Notes under the pieces: generated by a model
What the model was told of the DNA's origin: nothing
Database searches by the model: none
The model's input: only the letters and a program-made list of their open reading frames with translations
Shown: one piece after another, positions 33,906 through 42,558 of the stretch
Numbering within the stretch: the stretch's first letter is position 1
Layout of the letters: each line of letters opens with the position of its first letter
Assembly (NCBI GenBank): GCA_035319625.1
Contig: DATHCH010000182.1
Coordinates: 1 to 50,767, forward strand
Origin: Thermodesulfobacteriota bacterium
GTDB lineage: Bacteria > Desulfobacterota > BSN033 > UBA1163
Reading direction: 5' to 3'
Length of the DNA stretch: 50,767 nucleotides
Made by a program: the position numbers and the translations under genes

Positions 33906-35204
33906 CAGCCAAATATCACCGTGGGTATCATGGATCGGCAAACCGAAGTTATCGGTCGGCTCGATGGAGACTTCCGCGGAGACGGTTTTGGCCCTATATC
34001 TGGCGAGTTTTCGGCAAAGTCTGATGCCGGGATGATTGTGCTCTTCGATGGTGCCCATCAAGAAATCGCTCGCTCTCCATCGATCAAGCTCACAGGACAA
34101 GACAAATCGATGTTTTCACTTTCCGACGTCACCATCGGAAGTCGCTTTCACTGGGAAAGGACAGAGGAGCAGACCTTTCAAGGGGACCTCATCCTCCAGC
34201 CCCGCGAGGACGGGACGATCGCTGTCATCAATGAAATCCCTCTTGAGGACTATCTGGAAAGTGTGATTTCCTCGGAGATGAGTAGTGCCGCTCCGATGGA
34301 ATTTCTGAAGGCTCATGCCATCCTATCCCGAAGTTGGATTCTGGCCGCACTCGATCGCAAGAATAGAGAAAAGGGAACATCAAAGTCGTCAGAGAAGACG
34401 ACCGATGAAGAAGTGATACGCTGGCACGACCGGGAGGAACACGACCTTTTCGATGTCTGCGCCGATGATCACTGCCAGCGCTACCAGGGTATCACGAAGA
34501 TAATATCCAAACAGGCCCGAGAAGCGGTGCGAGAAACACAGGGGATGGTAATAACCTATCAGGACAAAATCTGTGATGCCCGATATTCAAAGGCCTGTGG
34601 AGGAGTTACAGAAAACTTCGACACGGCCTGGGATGACAAGCGAGTCCCTTATCTCAAAAGCATTTCGGACGCATCCGTTCCGCATCGTCCGATCAAGACA
34701 GAAGAAGAGGCTTCAGCCTGGTGCCTCGCAAACCCCGATGCCTACTGCAACACAAAGGACGAAGGTCTTCTTGAGAAAATTCTTCCTGACTTCGACCGTG
34801 AGACAAGAGCTTTTTTCCGCTGGAGGGTGGATTATTCCCCCAACGAACTGGAAGAGATCCTTCGAGCCAAATCCGGTTTTGATTTCGGCGCGCTCCAGGA
34901 GATTATCCCTCTCCGCCGTGGCCCTTCGGGCCGAATCTCCCGGCTGAAAATCGTGGGCTCGAAGAGAAGCATCGTCGTAGGAAAAGAACTCGAGATAAGA
35001 CGCTGGCTCTCCAGGACCCATCTTTACAGCAGTGCTTTCGTTGTGAAGGTGGAATCGGGGCGATTCACATTGTATGGTGCCGGCTGGGGACACGGCGTGG
35101 GACTCTGCCAGATCGGGGCCGCAGTGATGGCGATGAAGGGATTTTCAGCAGAGAAAATTTTGGGACATTATTTTCGAGGCATCGAAATTCAAAAGGTATA
35201 TTGA
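33897..35204 (+). CDS. SpoIID/LytB-domain protein (no signal peptide in the predicted N-terminus)
   Basis: It has LEDYLESVISSEM, DDHCQRYQG, YSKACGGVTEN and GHGVGLCQIGA. The start codon lies inside the leader repeat, and the next in-frame ATG is at 33930. Confidence 0.8.
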   Translation: MKTQPNITVGIMDRQTEVIGRLDGDFRGDGFGPISGEFSAKSDAGMIVLFDGAHQEIARSPSIKLTGQDKSMFSLSDVTIGSRFHWERTEEQTFQGDLILQPREDGTIAVINEIPLEDYLESVISSEMSSAAPMEFLKAHAILSRSWILAALDRKNREKGTSKSSEKTTDEEVIRWHDREEHDLFDVCADDHCQRYQGITKIISKQAREAVRETQGMVITYQDKICDARYSKACGGVTENFDTAWDDKRVPYLKSISDASVPHRPIKTEEEASAWCLANPDAYCNTKDEGLLEKILPDFDRETRAFFRWRVDYSPNELEEILRAKSGFDFGALQEIIPLRRGPSGRISRLKIVGSKRSIVVGKELEIRRWLSRTHLYSSAFVVKVESGRFTLYGAGWGHGVGLCQIGAAVMAMKGFSAEKILGHYFRGIEIQKVY

Positions 35205-35293
35205 GGGTTCAGGGGTACGAGGATTCAAGGGTTCAGGCTTACTCTTCTTTAGTCCTTCACTCGAACCCTTGACCCCTTCGACCCCTTGAACCC
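35205..35293. repeat. W2 inverted repeat between spoIID-like and ampG
   Basis: GGGTTCAGGGGTACGAGGATTCAAGGGTTCAGG faces CTCGAACCCTTGACCCCTTCGACCCCTTGAACCC. It starts directly after the stop codon at 35202-35204. Confidence 0.75.
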
Positions 35294-35309
35294 TTTGGGT
35301 ATCAAAACA

Positions 35310-36602
35310 ATGTACATACAGAAACTGACATCGCGAAACCCTTGGGCTTGGGTTCCCTCTTTGTATATTGCTGAAGGGATTCCTTACACGATGGCCATGA
35401 CGGTTTCTGTGGTCCTCTACAAACGTCTCGGCATCTCAAACACCGACATCGCCTTTTACACAAGCTGGCTCTATCTTCCGTGGGTAATCAAGCCCCTCTG
35501 GAGCCCTTTTGTCGAGCTACTCCGAACAAAGCGCTACTGGATCCTTCTGATGCAGCTTCTCATCGGGGCGTCACTGGCCTGTATTGGATTCACGATCCCG
35601 GCTGCCCGGTTCTTCCAATATACCCTCGCCTTTTTCTCGTTGATGGCCTTTGGTTCGGCAACCCATGATACCGCCGCTGACGGCTTTTATATGCTGGGGC
35701 TTCCGGAAGATTTTCAGGCCGCCTTTGTCGGGGTGCGGACGATCTTCTACCGAATCGCCATGGTCGCAACCCAGGGCGGGCTCGTCATCCTCGCTGGCTA
35801 CCTTGAAGAAGGCGGCCATGGTATCCCCGCAGCCTGGTCTTTCTCACTTTTTATAGCGGCCGCCGTTTTCGCTGCCCTCTTCCTTTATCATCTATTTATT
35901 CTTCCCTATCCGCCTGCGGACCGTCCGGCGAAGCGCAACCCTTCGACGTCTGTTGCACGGGAGTTCCTCCACATCTTCGGCCTCTTCTTCAGGAAAAAAG
36001 AGATCCTAGCCATTCTTGCTTTCTTTCTCTTCTACCGGCTCGCGGAAACCCAGCTTCTAAAAATCATCGCGCCCTTTCTGCTCGACCCTCGTTCAGCGGG
36101 AGGGCTGGGAATCACCACACAGGATGTGGGAATCATCTACGGCACTGTGGGACTCATTGCACTGTTGCTGGGAGGACTTCTCGGCGGGTATGCCATTTAC
36201 AGAAAAGGCCTCAAGTTCTGGATCTGGATCATGGTCTGCGCGATGCATCTGCCGGATCTGGTCTTCGTCTATCTCTCTCAGGTCATGCCTGAGAATTTCT
36301 ATTTGATCAACCTGGCTGTTGCCGTGGAGCAATTCGGCTACGGCTTTGGCTTTTCGGCCTACACGATGTTTATGATCATGGTGTCGGAAGGAGAATATAA
36401 AACGGTCCACTATGCCATCTCCACAGGGATCATGGCCCTGGGCATGATGGTTCCGGCCATGGCAAGCGGTTGGCTCCAGGAGCTCATGGGCTATCAGAAC
36501 TTCTTCCTCTGGGTCATGGCCGCAACGATCCCGGGGTTCATCGTGGTGGCGCTGGCGAAGATCGACCCCGATTTTGGAAAGAAAAGGCCGAGGCGACGGT
36601 GA
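35310..36602 (+). CDS. ampG: AmpG-family MFS muropeptide permease
   Basis: Polytopic MFS protein. The N-terminal [15 protein letters not shown]...[20 protein letters not shown] resembles AmpG/PAT-family transporters. I use the ATG at 35310, because the listed TTG at 35286 lies in the W2 repeat. Confidence 0.7.
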   Translation: MYIQKLTSRNPWAWVPSLYIAEGIPYTMAMTVSVVLYKRLGISNTDIAFYTSWLYLPWVIKPLWSPFVELLRTKRYWILLMQLLIGASLACIGFTIPAARFFQYTLAFFSLMAFGSATHDTAADGFYMLGLPEDFQAAFVGVRTIFYRIAMVATQGGLVILAGYLEEGGHGIPAAWSFSLFIAAAVFAALFLYHLFILPYPPADRPAKRNPSTSVAREFLHIFGLFFRKKEILAILAFFLFYRLAETQLLKIIAPFLLDPRSAGGLGITTQDVGIIYGTVGLIALLLGGLLGGYAIYRKGLKFWIWIMVCAMHLPDLVFVYLSQVMPENFYLINLAVAVEQFGYGFGFSAYTMFMIMVSEGEYKTVHYAISTGIMALGMMVPAMASGWLQELMGYQNFFLWVMAATIPGFIVVALAKIDPDFGKKRPRRR

Positions 36603-36643
36603 GCCTGCTTGCGGTAGACAGGGGTGTGGAGGGCGAGGTGCCA

Positions 36644-37390
36644 ATGAATAAACGACGGTTCAAGACAGCTTTCATCCTGGGTGCCGGATTAGGAACGCGG
36701 CTTCAGACTCTGACAGATCAACTTCCAAAGCCGCTCCTGGAGATTCGAGGAAGGCCTATCATCACCTACGTGATGGATCATCTCCTAAGGGTTGGCGTGG
36801 GTCGCTTCATCGTGAATACGCATCACCGGTCGGAAGTCTATTCGGAGAAATTCCCTGACAGGCGATGGCGCAGTGTCCCCATTACCTTTCGCCATGAACC
36901 AGTCCTTCTGGACACTGCTGGGGGATTGAAAAACATCGAAGATCTCCTGGATGAGGACGAGGCCATCCTCTGCTACAATGGCGATGTCATCACCGATCTT
37001 CCCTTGCGGAGGCTTTTGGAGGCCCACGAGCAGAAACGACCGGAGGTCACTCTTGTCCTCCGAAGCAGTGGTCCTGTTCTGAACGTAAACATCAATGAGG
37101 CCGGTGAGATCTGTGATCTTCGGAGTATCCTCGGTTACACCCAAAGATATCCAGAAGCTCGAAGCTTCCTCTTCGCTGGCATCTACGCCGTGGAGACATT
37201 GTTTCTCCAACACCTCGAGGCCGGCAAAGTCGAATCCGTCGTCTCAGCCTTTGTGAGAAGAATTGTGAAAGAACCGGGATCGATCCGGGGGGTCGTCATC
37301 GACGAAGGCGAGTGGCACGACATCGGTTCCGTCGAAGCGTATGAAAAACTGAAGAGAAACAATTGGAATAATGGAAAGATAAAACAATGA
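36644..37390 (+). CDS. murU: Sugar-1-phosphate nucleotidyltransferase, MurU-like (N-acetylmuramate-1-phosphate uridylyltransferase)
   Basis: It has the NTP-transferase motif [24 protein letters not shown], is 248 aa long, and lies next to an AmgK-like kinase and ampG. The ATG at 36644 is preceded by GAGG. Confidence 0.65.
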   Translation: MNKRRFKTAFILGAGLGTRLQTLTDQLPKPLLEIRGRPIITYVMDHLLRVGVGRFIVNTHHRSEVYSEKFPDRRWRSVPITFRHEPVLLDTAGGLKNIEDLLDEDEAILCYNGDVITDLPLRRLLEAHEQKRPEVTLVLRSSGPVLNVNINEAGEICDLRSILGYTQRYPEARSFLFAGIYAVETLFLQHLEAGKVESVVSAFVRRIVKEPGSIRGVVIDEGEWHDIGSVEAYEKLKRNNWNNGKIKQ

Positions 37391-37424
37391 ACAAAAAGTG
37401 AGAATAAGAAGCCCGATCATTATG

Positions 37425-37484
37425 CAGGGGCGGCATTCATTGCCGACGGACTCCGTCTCCAATAAATGGGGACGCTACAAATCC
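37425..37484 (+). repeat. Two-hairpin motif, copy 1
   Basis: CAGGGGCGG is followed by hairpin GGCA-TTCAT-TGCC (37432-37444), then hairpin CGTCTCCA-ATAAA-TGGGGACG (37454-37474), then CTACAAAT. The second copy is at 39610-39683. Confidence 0.7.
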
Positions 37485-37503
37485 TTATTTTCGATGGAAT
37501 AGA

Positions 37504-38559
37504 TTGAATATCAAGGATCTTAGATCGATGATTCCGCAATCCGAATTCCGCAATCTGAAATATGAAGACATGATCGGTTTTGCGAGAGAGGGCCTCCGGC
37601 TTTCAGAATCCGTCTCCCTAACAATTTCTCCTTTAGAAGGAAGAGGTTCGGATCGAACTTTCTTCAGACTGAATTGGAACCACAACGGTTCTGCCATTCT
37701 GGTCCATTACGATCCCAAGCGTGTAGAAAATGGATACTACGCCGACATTGCAACATTTCTCCACGAGATCGATGTCCCGGTACCACGGCTGATCTGCCAT
37801 GATCCAGTTGGCTGTCTCATCGTCATGCAGGATTTGGGCGACACGGACCTCCGGTCTTTCAGGAAAACCCCGTGGGAAACTCGACGAGCCCTTTACCAAA
37901 AGACGCTGACCATCGTGCACAAGCTTCATTCCTTCCCTAAGGATAACTTCCCTTCGGGTCGTGTGAGGCTTTCCGAGGGGTTTGGCCCCCATCTTTACCG
38001 GTGGGAACGGGACTACTTCAGGGATCATTTTGTCACGGATGTGTGCGGGATCAAACTTGGCCCTTCTTTCCAGAAAGAACTCGAGGCAGAGCTTTCGGCC
38101 TTGGCCGAGCGACTTGCAGACGCAGTCCGCTGTCTCGTGCACAGGGATCTTCAGTCCCAGAACGTGATGATCCGCGACGGCAAGCCTTTCCTCATCGACT
38201 TTCAGGGCATGCGCTTCGGAAACCCCTTCTATGACCTCGGCTCGCTCCTCTGTGACCCCTATGTGGACTTTTCTGGAGACGAGCAGGCTGGACTGCTATC
38301 CTTCTGTTACGGGCTGGAGAAGTGGTATCTTGATTGGGCCGCCTTCCAGAACGCCTTCTGGGAGGCTTCGTCACAGCGTCTCATGCAAGCTCTCGGGGCC
38401 TATGGATTCTTGGGCCATACGAAAGGGCTTAAAGGCTTCCTCGAGCATGCCCCTTCTGGACTTAGCAATCTTCAACGTGCGACCTCACAGGTAACATCTC
38501 TCCCAAGACTTCAGCAACTCTGCCAGGAATGCCAAAGGGCAATCGGACAAAAGGGATAG
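37504..38559 (+). CDS. amgK: APH-fold anomeric sugar kinase, AmgK-like (MurNAc/GlcNAc 1-kinase)
   Basis: It has the catalytic loop VHRDLQSQNVMI and the IDFQGMRFGNPFYDLGSLL region, and is paired with murU-like. The start is either TTG 37504 or ATG 37528. Confidence 0.65.
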   Translation: MNIKDLRSMIPQSEFRNLKYEDMIGFAREGLRLSESVSLTISPLEGRGSDRTFFRLNWNHNGSAILVHYDPKRVENGYYADIATFLHEIDVPVPRLICHDPVGCLIVMQDLGDTDLRSFRKTPWETRRALYQKTLTIVHKLHSFPKDNFPSGRVRLSEGFGPHLYRWERDYFRDHFVTDVCGIKLGPSFQKELEAELSALAERLADAVRCLVHRDLQSQNVMIRDGKPFLIDFQGMRFGNPFYDLGSLLCDPYVDFSGDEQAGLLSFCYGLEKWYLDWAAFQNAFWEASSQRLMQALGAYGFLGHTKGLKGFLEHAPSGLSNLQRATSQVTSLPRLQQLCQECQRAIGQKG

Positions 38560-38742
38560 AGCACCTCTTTCTTATCCTGAGATGAGCTCGGACAAGAGAT
38601 GGCAGGTATTTGAAATCAAGCAGGGGTCATTAAAATTCTGGCTGTCACGTATCCATTTCCCAAAAAGCAATCTCGCGACGGGTCCCGGTTGGATGACCAC
38701 GGATACGACGTCAGGGATACTTGCCGTAACAAGCCCATTGAA

Positions 38743-39084
38743 TCATATTGAAAGTTGAGTTGCATCGCAGCCAAGATATTTCAATAAGCCAGCAATATAG
38801 TTTCCCCACATCGGTGCCAGTTTGTCAATTTCATAGGCGAGCAGAGCAATTTCCCCATTGTGAAATTTAGTGTGCACTTCTTCCAGTTTCTGATATTTCA
38901 ATGGCCATGATATTTTCCCTGATTGATTGATCACATAAACGCTTCTTCCCTTTTCATCAATTTCGACTATTTGCAATAAGTTTAGGCCATCCGCTGCCCA
39001 AAATTTAACCTCTTTATCCTTCATCTCCTTCAATTTTTCCCAACTAAAAGAACACTTTGGAAAAATCTCTATGATTTTCGCCAT
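38743..39084 (-). CDS. Hypothetical protein (113 aa) in a low-GC islet
   Basis: The ATG is preceded by GAGGAAGGA. I recognise no motif. Sample 60-nt lines in this gene count 33-40 percent GC, against 55 percent in a sample line of amgK. Confidence 0.5.
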   Translation of the reverse strand: MAKIIEIFPKCSFSWEKLKEMKDKEVKFWAADGLNLLQIVEIDEKGRSVYVINQSGKISWPLKYQKLEEVHTKFHNGEIALLAYEIDKLAPMWGNYIAGLLKYLGCDATQLSI

Positions 39085-39158
39085 CGTCCTTCCTCGACTT
39101 CCTTCGCCTCTCTTTAAACCTTTCGATTCCTTATGCCATCAGACATTTTCAAAAACTC

Positions 39159-39548
39159 TCACTGTGAAAGGCTACCCAAGAAACTCTTCAGCTTGGCCAT
39201 ATCCTCTGGAGGGATATCAATAAATTTAACTCCACACCGGTAATCCCCCCAGCCTTTGCCCAAATGGATGTCCTTCCAAACCACCTCAGCCAGCACTTCA
39301 ATACTATTCAATTCAGCACCTGAAGAGAAAGAGAATTTCAGCCTTAGATGTTGATTTATTTCCATTTGTTCCGGAAAATGAATCAGTAGCCCGCCCTCGC
39401 TGATGCTGAGACTTCTGCCAGTATGACCGATGGAGATGTCGCTTCGATAATATTCTATCGGCAAATCGATATTATATCGGGGATATCTTCTCCTTTCGAA
39501 ATTAACAATCCCACTTCGAGGTTTCGTCTCTTTCTCTCCCGTTTTCAT
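39159..39548 (-). CDS. PilZ-domain (c-di-GMP-binding type) protein
   Basis: It has the RxxxR motif (RRRYPR) and the D/NxSxxG-type motif (SISEGG) at the expected spacing, and is 129 aa long. Confidence 0.75.
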   Translation of the reverse strand: MKTGEKETKPRSGIVNFERRRYPRYNIDLPIEYYRSDISIGHTGRSLSISEGGLLIHFPEQMEINQHLRLKFSFSSGAELNSIEVLAEVVWKDIHLGKGWGDYRCGVKFIDIPPEDMAKLKSFLGSLSQ

Positions 39549-39609
39549 TTACGTGTCGGCCTTTCTGTACAAATCTACTAAATTTCACTGAAGAGATCAA
39601 CAAGAATTT

Positions 39610-39683
39610 AGGGGAGCGAACGTAGCGTTCCGATATTTATCGAAGCGGAATCCGCCCTCAATAAATGAGGGCGCTGCAATTAT
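39610..39683 (+). repeat. Two-hairpin motif, copy 2
   Basis: AGGGGAGCG is followed by an extra hairpin GAACG-TAG-CGTTC, then hairpin CGAT-ATTT-ATCG (39631-39642), then hairpin CGCCCTCA-ATAAA-TGAGGGCG (39653-39673), then CTGCAATT. Confidence 0.7.
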
Positions 39684-39788
39684 TATAAGAATTCCCCCGT
39701 AACTGAGGCATTGCAAGAAAGGCCAAGGGACGAGCGCGGACTTCACGCCGTCCGAAGAGTTGCCAAGAAAATTTCGCCGAGAAAATCT

Positions 39789-39817
39789 GTGACATTATGA
39801 TAAAAGTCTGCTAAAAT
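39789..39817 (+). promoter_or_regulatory. Candidate sigma70-type promoter of the mla operon (near-leaderless)
   Basis: GTGACA (39789-39794), 17-nt spacer, TAAAAT (39812-39817). The mlaE ATG at 39827 is 9 nt past the -10 box and has no Shine-Dalgarno sequence. Confidence 0.4.
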
Positions 39818-39826
39818 GTCCCAATT

Positions 39827-40591
39827 ATGTTTATCAGAAAGTTGGGTGCCTTATCAGTTATGGGTCTGCGAAGAACGGGCCGTTTGGGCCTTTTCTTTGT
39901 CAGGACATTCTTCTTTGCGGTAACCCCTCCGTTAAAGTTCTCACAGCTTCTCAAGCAAATCCAATTCATCGGATTTCAATCCGCTCTGGTCATCTTCTTG
40001 ACCGGAGCCTTCACAGGAATGGTTCTCGGTCTTCAGGGCTTTTACACACTGAGCCGATTTGGTTCGGCAGCTCTCTTGGGGCCAATGGTTGCCCTTTCCC
40101 TCATTAAAGAGCTTGGACCTGTCTTATCCGCCTTAATGGTGACAGGAAGGGCCGGTTCTGCCATGACGGCCGAAATAGGAATCATGCGAATCACCGAACA
40201 GATTGATGCGATCAAGCTGATGGGCCTCAATCCTTTCCGGTATCTCGTGGTTCCAAAATTTCTGGCGGGCATTTTTGCCCTGCCCCTGCTCACTGCCATT
40301 TTCAATGTGGTCGGTATTTTCGGAGGCTACGTCATCGGCGTGAAGCTTCTTGGGATTGGTGAAGGGACCTACTTTGGAGAAATGTCTAATCATGTCAGCG
40401 TGCAGGACATTGTACAGGGGATCTATAAATCCCTTAGCTTTGGAGCTTTGATTCCCTGGGTTTGCTGTTATAAAGGGTACTATGTTGGATACGGAGCCGA
40501 GGGCGTCAGCAAGGCAACGACGCAGGCTGTCGTTCTTTCATCGGTATTGATCCTTTTCTGGGATTATATTCTGACTTCCGCCCTGTTTTGA
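39827..40591 (+). CDS. mlaE: Phospholipid ABC transporter permease MlaE
   Basis: 254 aa and alignable by eye with E. coli MlaE (GMVLGLQG, LIKELGPVLSALMVTGRAGSAMTAEIG). Confidence 0.9.
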   Translation: MFIRKLGALSVMGLRRTGRLGLFFVRTFFFAVTPPLKFSQLLKQIQFIGFQSALVIFLTGAFTGMVLGLQGFYTLSRFGSAALLGPMVALSLIKELGPVLSALMVTGRAGSAMTAEIGIMRITEQIDAIKLMGLNPFRYLVVPKFLAGIFALPLLTAIFNVVGIFGGYVIGVKLLGIGEGTYFGEMSNHVSVQDIVQGIYKSLSFGALIPWVCCYKGYYVGYGAEGVSKATTQAVVLSSVLILFWDYILTSALF

Positions 40592-40598
40592 GGACCCT

Positions 40599-41384
40599 AT
40601 GATCGAAATGGAAAACCTGTATAAATCCTTTCAAGACCTCGAGGTACTCAAAGGGGTATCGCTCCAAGTCGAGAAGGGGGAGATTCTTGCCCTGATCGGA
40701 GGAAGCGGGCATGGCAAAACCGTGATCCTGAAACACGTCGCAGGATTGATGAAACCGGATCGAGGCCGCGTTTATGTTAATGGAAAGGACGTCTACAATC
40801 TGAGCGGGGATGAACTCGAACAATTGCGAAGCCACTTGGGTTTTCTCTTTCAAAGTGGTGCGTTGTTTTCCTCCCTAAACGTTTTTGACAATGTGGCCTT
40901 TCCCCTGAGAGAAAAGACCCGTTTAGGGGAACGGGAAATTGGGGAAAAGGTGCTCAATGTTTTGGAACAGGTTGGTTTGAAAGGTGCGGAGGACAAGTAT
41001 CCAGCACAAATCAGCGGTGGGATGATCAAACGCACGGCCCTGGCCCGTTCGCTGGTGAGGAATCCTGAGATCATGCTTTTTGATGAACCCACCACAGGAC
41101 TGGATCCGGTCATTGCCCACACCATTCTCGACCTCATTAAATCGATTCACAAAGATCTCGGGTTTACAGGAATAATCGTGAGCCATGAGTTATCGAGGGT
41201 ATTTCAGATTGTTCAAAAAGTGGCTATGCTGCATGAAGGGGTCATCCTCTTCGTGGGGACACCGGAGCAGATCATGACATCCAGAGATCCTGTCGTCCGG
41301 CAGTTCGTCACGGAAGCACTGAGGATCCCGTCAAGTGCCCTGAGGAACTTCGATCGGGAGGAGAAGCCCCGTGGGAAAGAATGA
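40599..41384 (+). CDS. mlaF: Phospholipid ABC transporter ATP-binding protein MlaF
   Basis: It has Walker A GGSGHGKT, the ABC signature ISGGMIKR, and Walker B IMLFDEPTTGLD. Confidence 0.9.
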   Translation: MIEMENLYKSFQDLEVLKGVSLQVEKGEILALIGGSGHGKTVILKHVAGLMKPDRGRVYVNGKDVYNLSGDELEQLRSHLGFLFQSGALFSSLNVFDNVAFPLREKTRLGEREIGEKVLNVLEQVGLKGAEDKYPAQISGGMIKRTALARSLVRNPEIMLFDEPTTGLDPVIAHTILDLIKSIHKDLGFTGIIVSHELSRVFQIVQKVAMLHEGVILFVGTPEQIMTSRDPVVRQFVTEALRIPSSALRNFDREEKPRGKE

Positions 41385-41420
41385 AGATGTTCAGCGAAAA
41401 TGGAGTCAGGGGGGATAGCG

Positions 41421-41861
41421 ATGAAGAAGTTTGATCTTGAACTTGCCGTTGGATTATTTATCATTGCCGGGATCGTCTGTTTGGGTTACCTCTCCATCAA
41501 ACTCGGGAAACTAGAGATTATGGGAGAAAGAGGATACGAGATCTACGGAGTGTTTTCCAATGTCGGAGGGCTTAAGGTGGGTGCCGGCGTTGAAATTGCG
41601 GGTGTGACGGTCGGGCGCGTCAAAACCATCACATTAAAGAACTATCAAGCCTATGTTGTGTTGAATTTCTCTAAGGGCTTAAAAATCCAGGAAGATGCTA
41701 TCGCTTCCATCAAGACCAGGGGGCTAATCGGAGAAAAGTATATCGATATTACACCCGGCGGATCGGAGAAGGACATTGAACCCGGAGGCCGAATTCGGGA
41801 AACCCAACCGGCCATCGATATAGAAGAATTGATTTCTAAGTTCGTCTTTGGGAAAATTTAA
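41421..41861 (+). CDS. mlaD: MCE-domain protein MlaD
   Basis: It has an N-terminal TM helix and an MCE domain (GVFSNVGGLKVGAGVEIAGVTVGRV). The ATG at 41421 is preceded by GGGGGGA. Confidence 0.85.
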   Translation: MKKFDLELAVGLFIIAGIVCLGYLSIKLGKLEIMGERGYEIYGVFSNVGGLKVGAGVEIAGVTVGRVKTITLKNYQAYVVLNFSKGLKIQEDAIASIKTRGLIGEKYIDITPGGSEKDIEPGGRIRETQPAIDIEELISKFVFGKI

Positions 41862-41883
41862 AGGATTTGCCGCGGAGGTCTTT

Positions 41884-42486
41884 ATGAGCCCAGCCCGTCT
41901 TATCCGGAGTATAGTTCCTGTCCTCTTAATTGCGGCGATGGCTGTCCCCGTGATGGCAGCCGACCCGATGGATGAGATTAAGCAGACGACGGACAAGATT
42001 CTCTCCGTTGTCACCAATCCAGCTTTTAAAACACCCTCTGAGACGGAAGAGAGAGAGAAACTCATACGCCAGGCAGTAGATGAGCGATTCGATTGGGAAG
42101 AGATGGCCCGTCGGTCTCTGGCTATCCATTGGGCGACGAGAACAGCCGAGGAGAGAAAAGAGTTCGTCCGTCTCTTTGCGGACTTAGTGGAACGAACATA
42201 CATGAAGAAAGTGGAGGACTATTCGGGAGAAAAGGTTCTCTACGAGGGGGAAACCAAAGAAGGAGACTATGCCAGCGTCCGAGTCAAAATCGTCACCAAA
42301 AGGGGTGAAGACATTCCCGTGGAATACCATCTCAAGAAAGAGGGAAATGACTGGTTTATCTATGATGTCTCGATTGAGGGCGTAGGCCTGATCAACAATT
42401 ACCGTGTACAATTTCACAGTATCATATCTCAATCCTCTTACGAGAATCTGGTCAAAAGGCTGAGAGAAAAGGTCGAACTGAAGTAA
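41884..42486 (+). CDS. mlaC: Periplasmic phospholipid-binding protein MlaC (Ttg2D family)
   Basis: It has a signal peptide MSPARLIRSIVPVLLIAAMAVPVMA and the Ttg2D-like segments FDWEEMARRSLAIHW and WFIYDVSIEGVGLI. The ATG at 41884 is preceded by GGAGG. Confidence 0.8.
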   Translation: MSPARLIRSIVPVLLIAAMAVPVMAADPMDEIKQTTDKILSVVTNPAFKTPSETEEREKLIRQAVDERFDWEEMARRSLAIHWATRTAEERKEFVRLFADLVERTYMKKVEDYSGEKVLYEGETKEGDYASVRVKIVTKRGEDIPVEYHLKKEGNDWFIYDVSIEGVGLINNYRVQFHSIISQSSYENLVKRLREKVELK

Positions 42487-42558
42487 GGCCTCGATGGATA
42501 AGTCCGTTAGTGAAACGAGGGCGAAAGGGCATCATCATCTCAGAATTGGGGTGAAGTT

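Noticed and set aside
36093-36644. A 183-aa minus-strand ORF, and the listed 36470 start of the nucleotidyltransferase ORF
   Set aside because: The minus ORF is antisense to ampG and has His/Pro/Arg-rich composition. The nucleotidyltransferase homology begins at [15 protein letters not shown] (36644), which has its own RBS.
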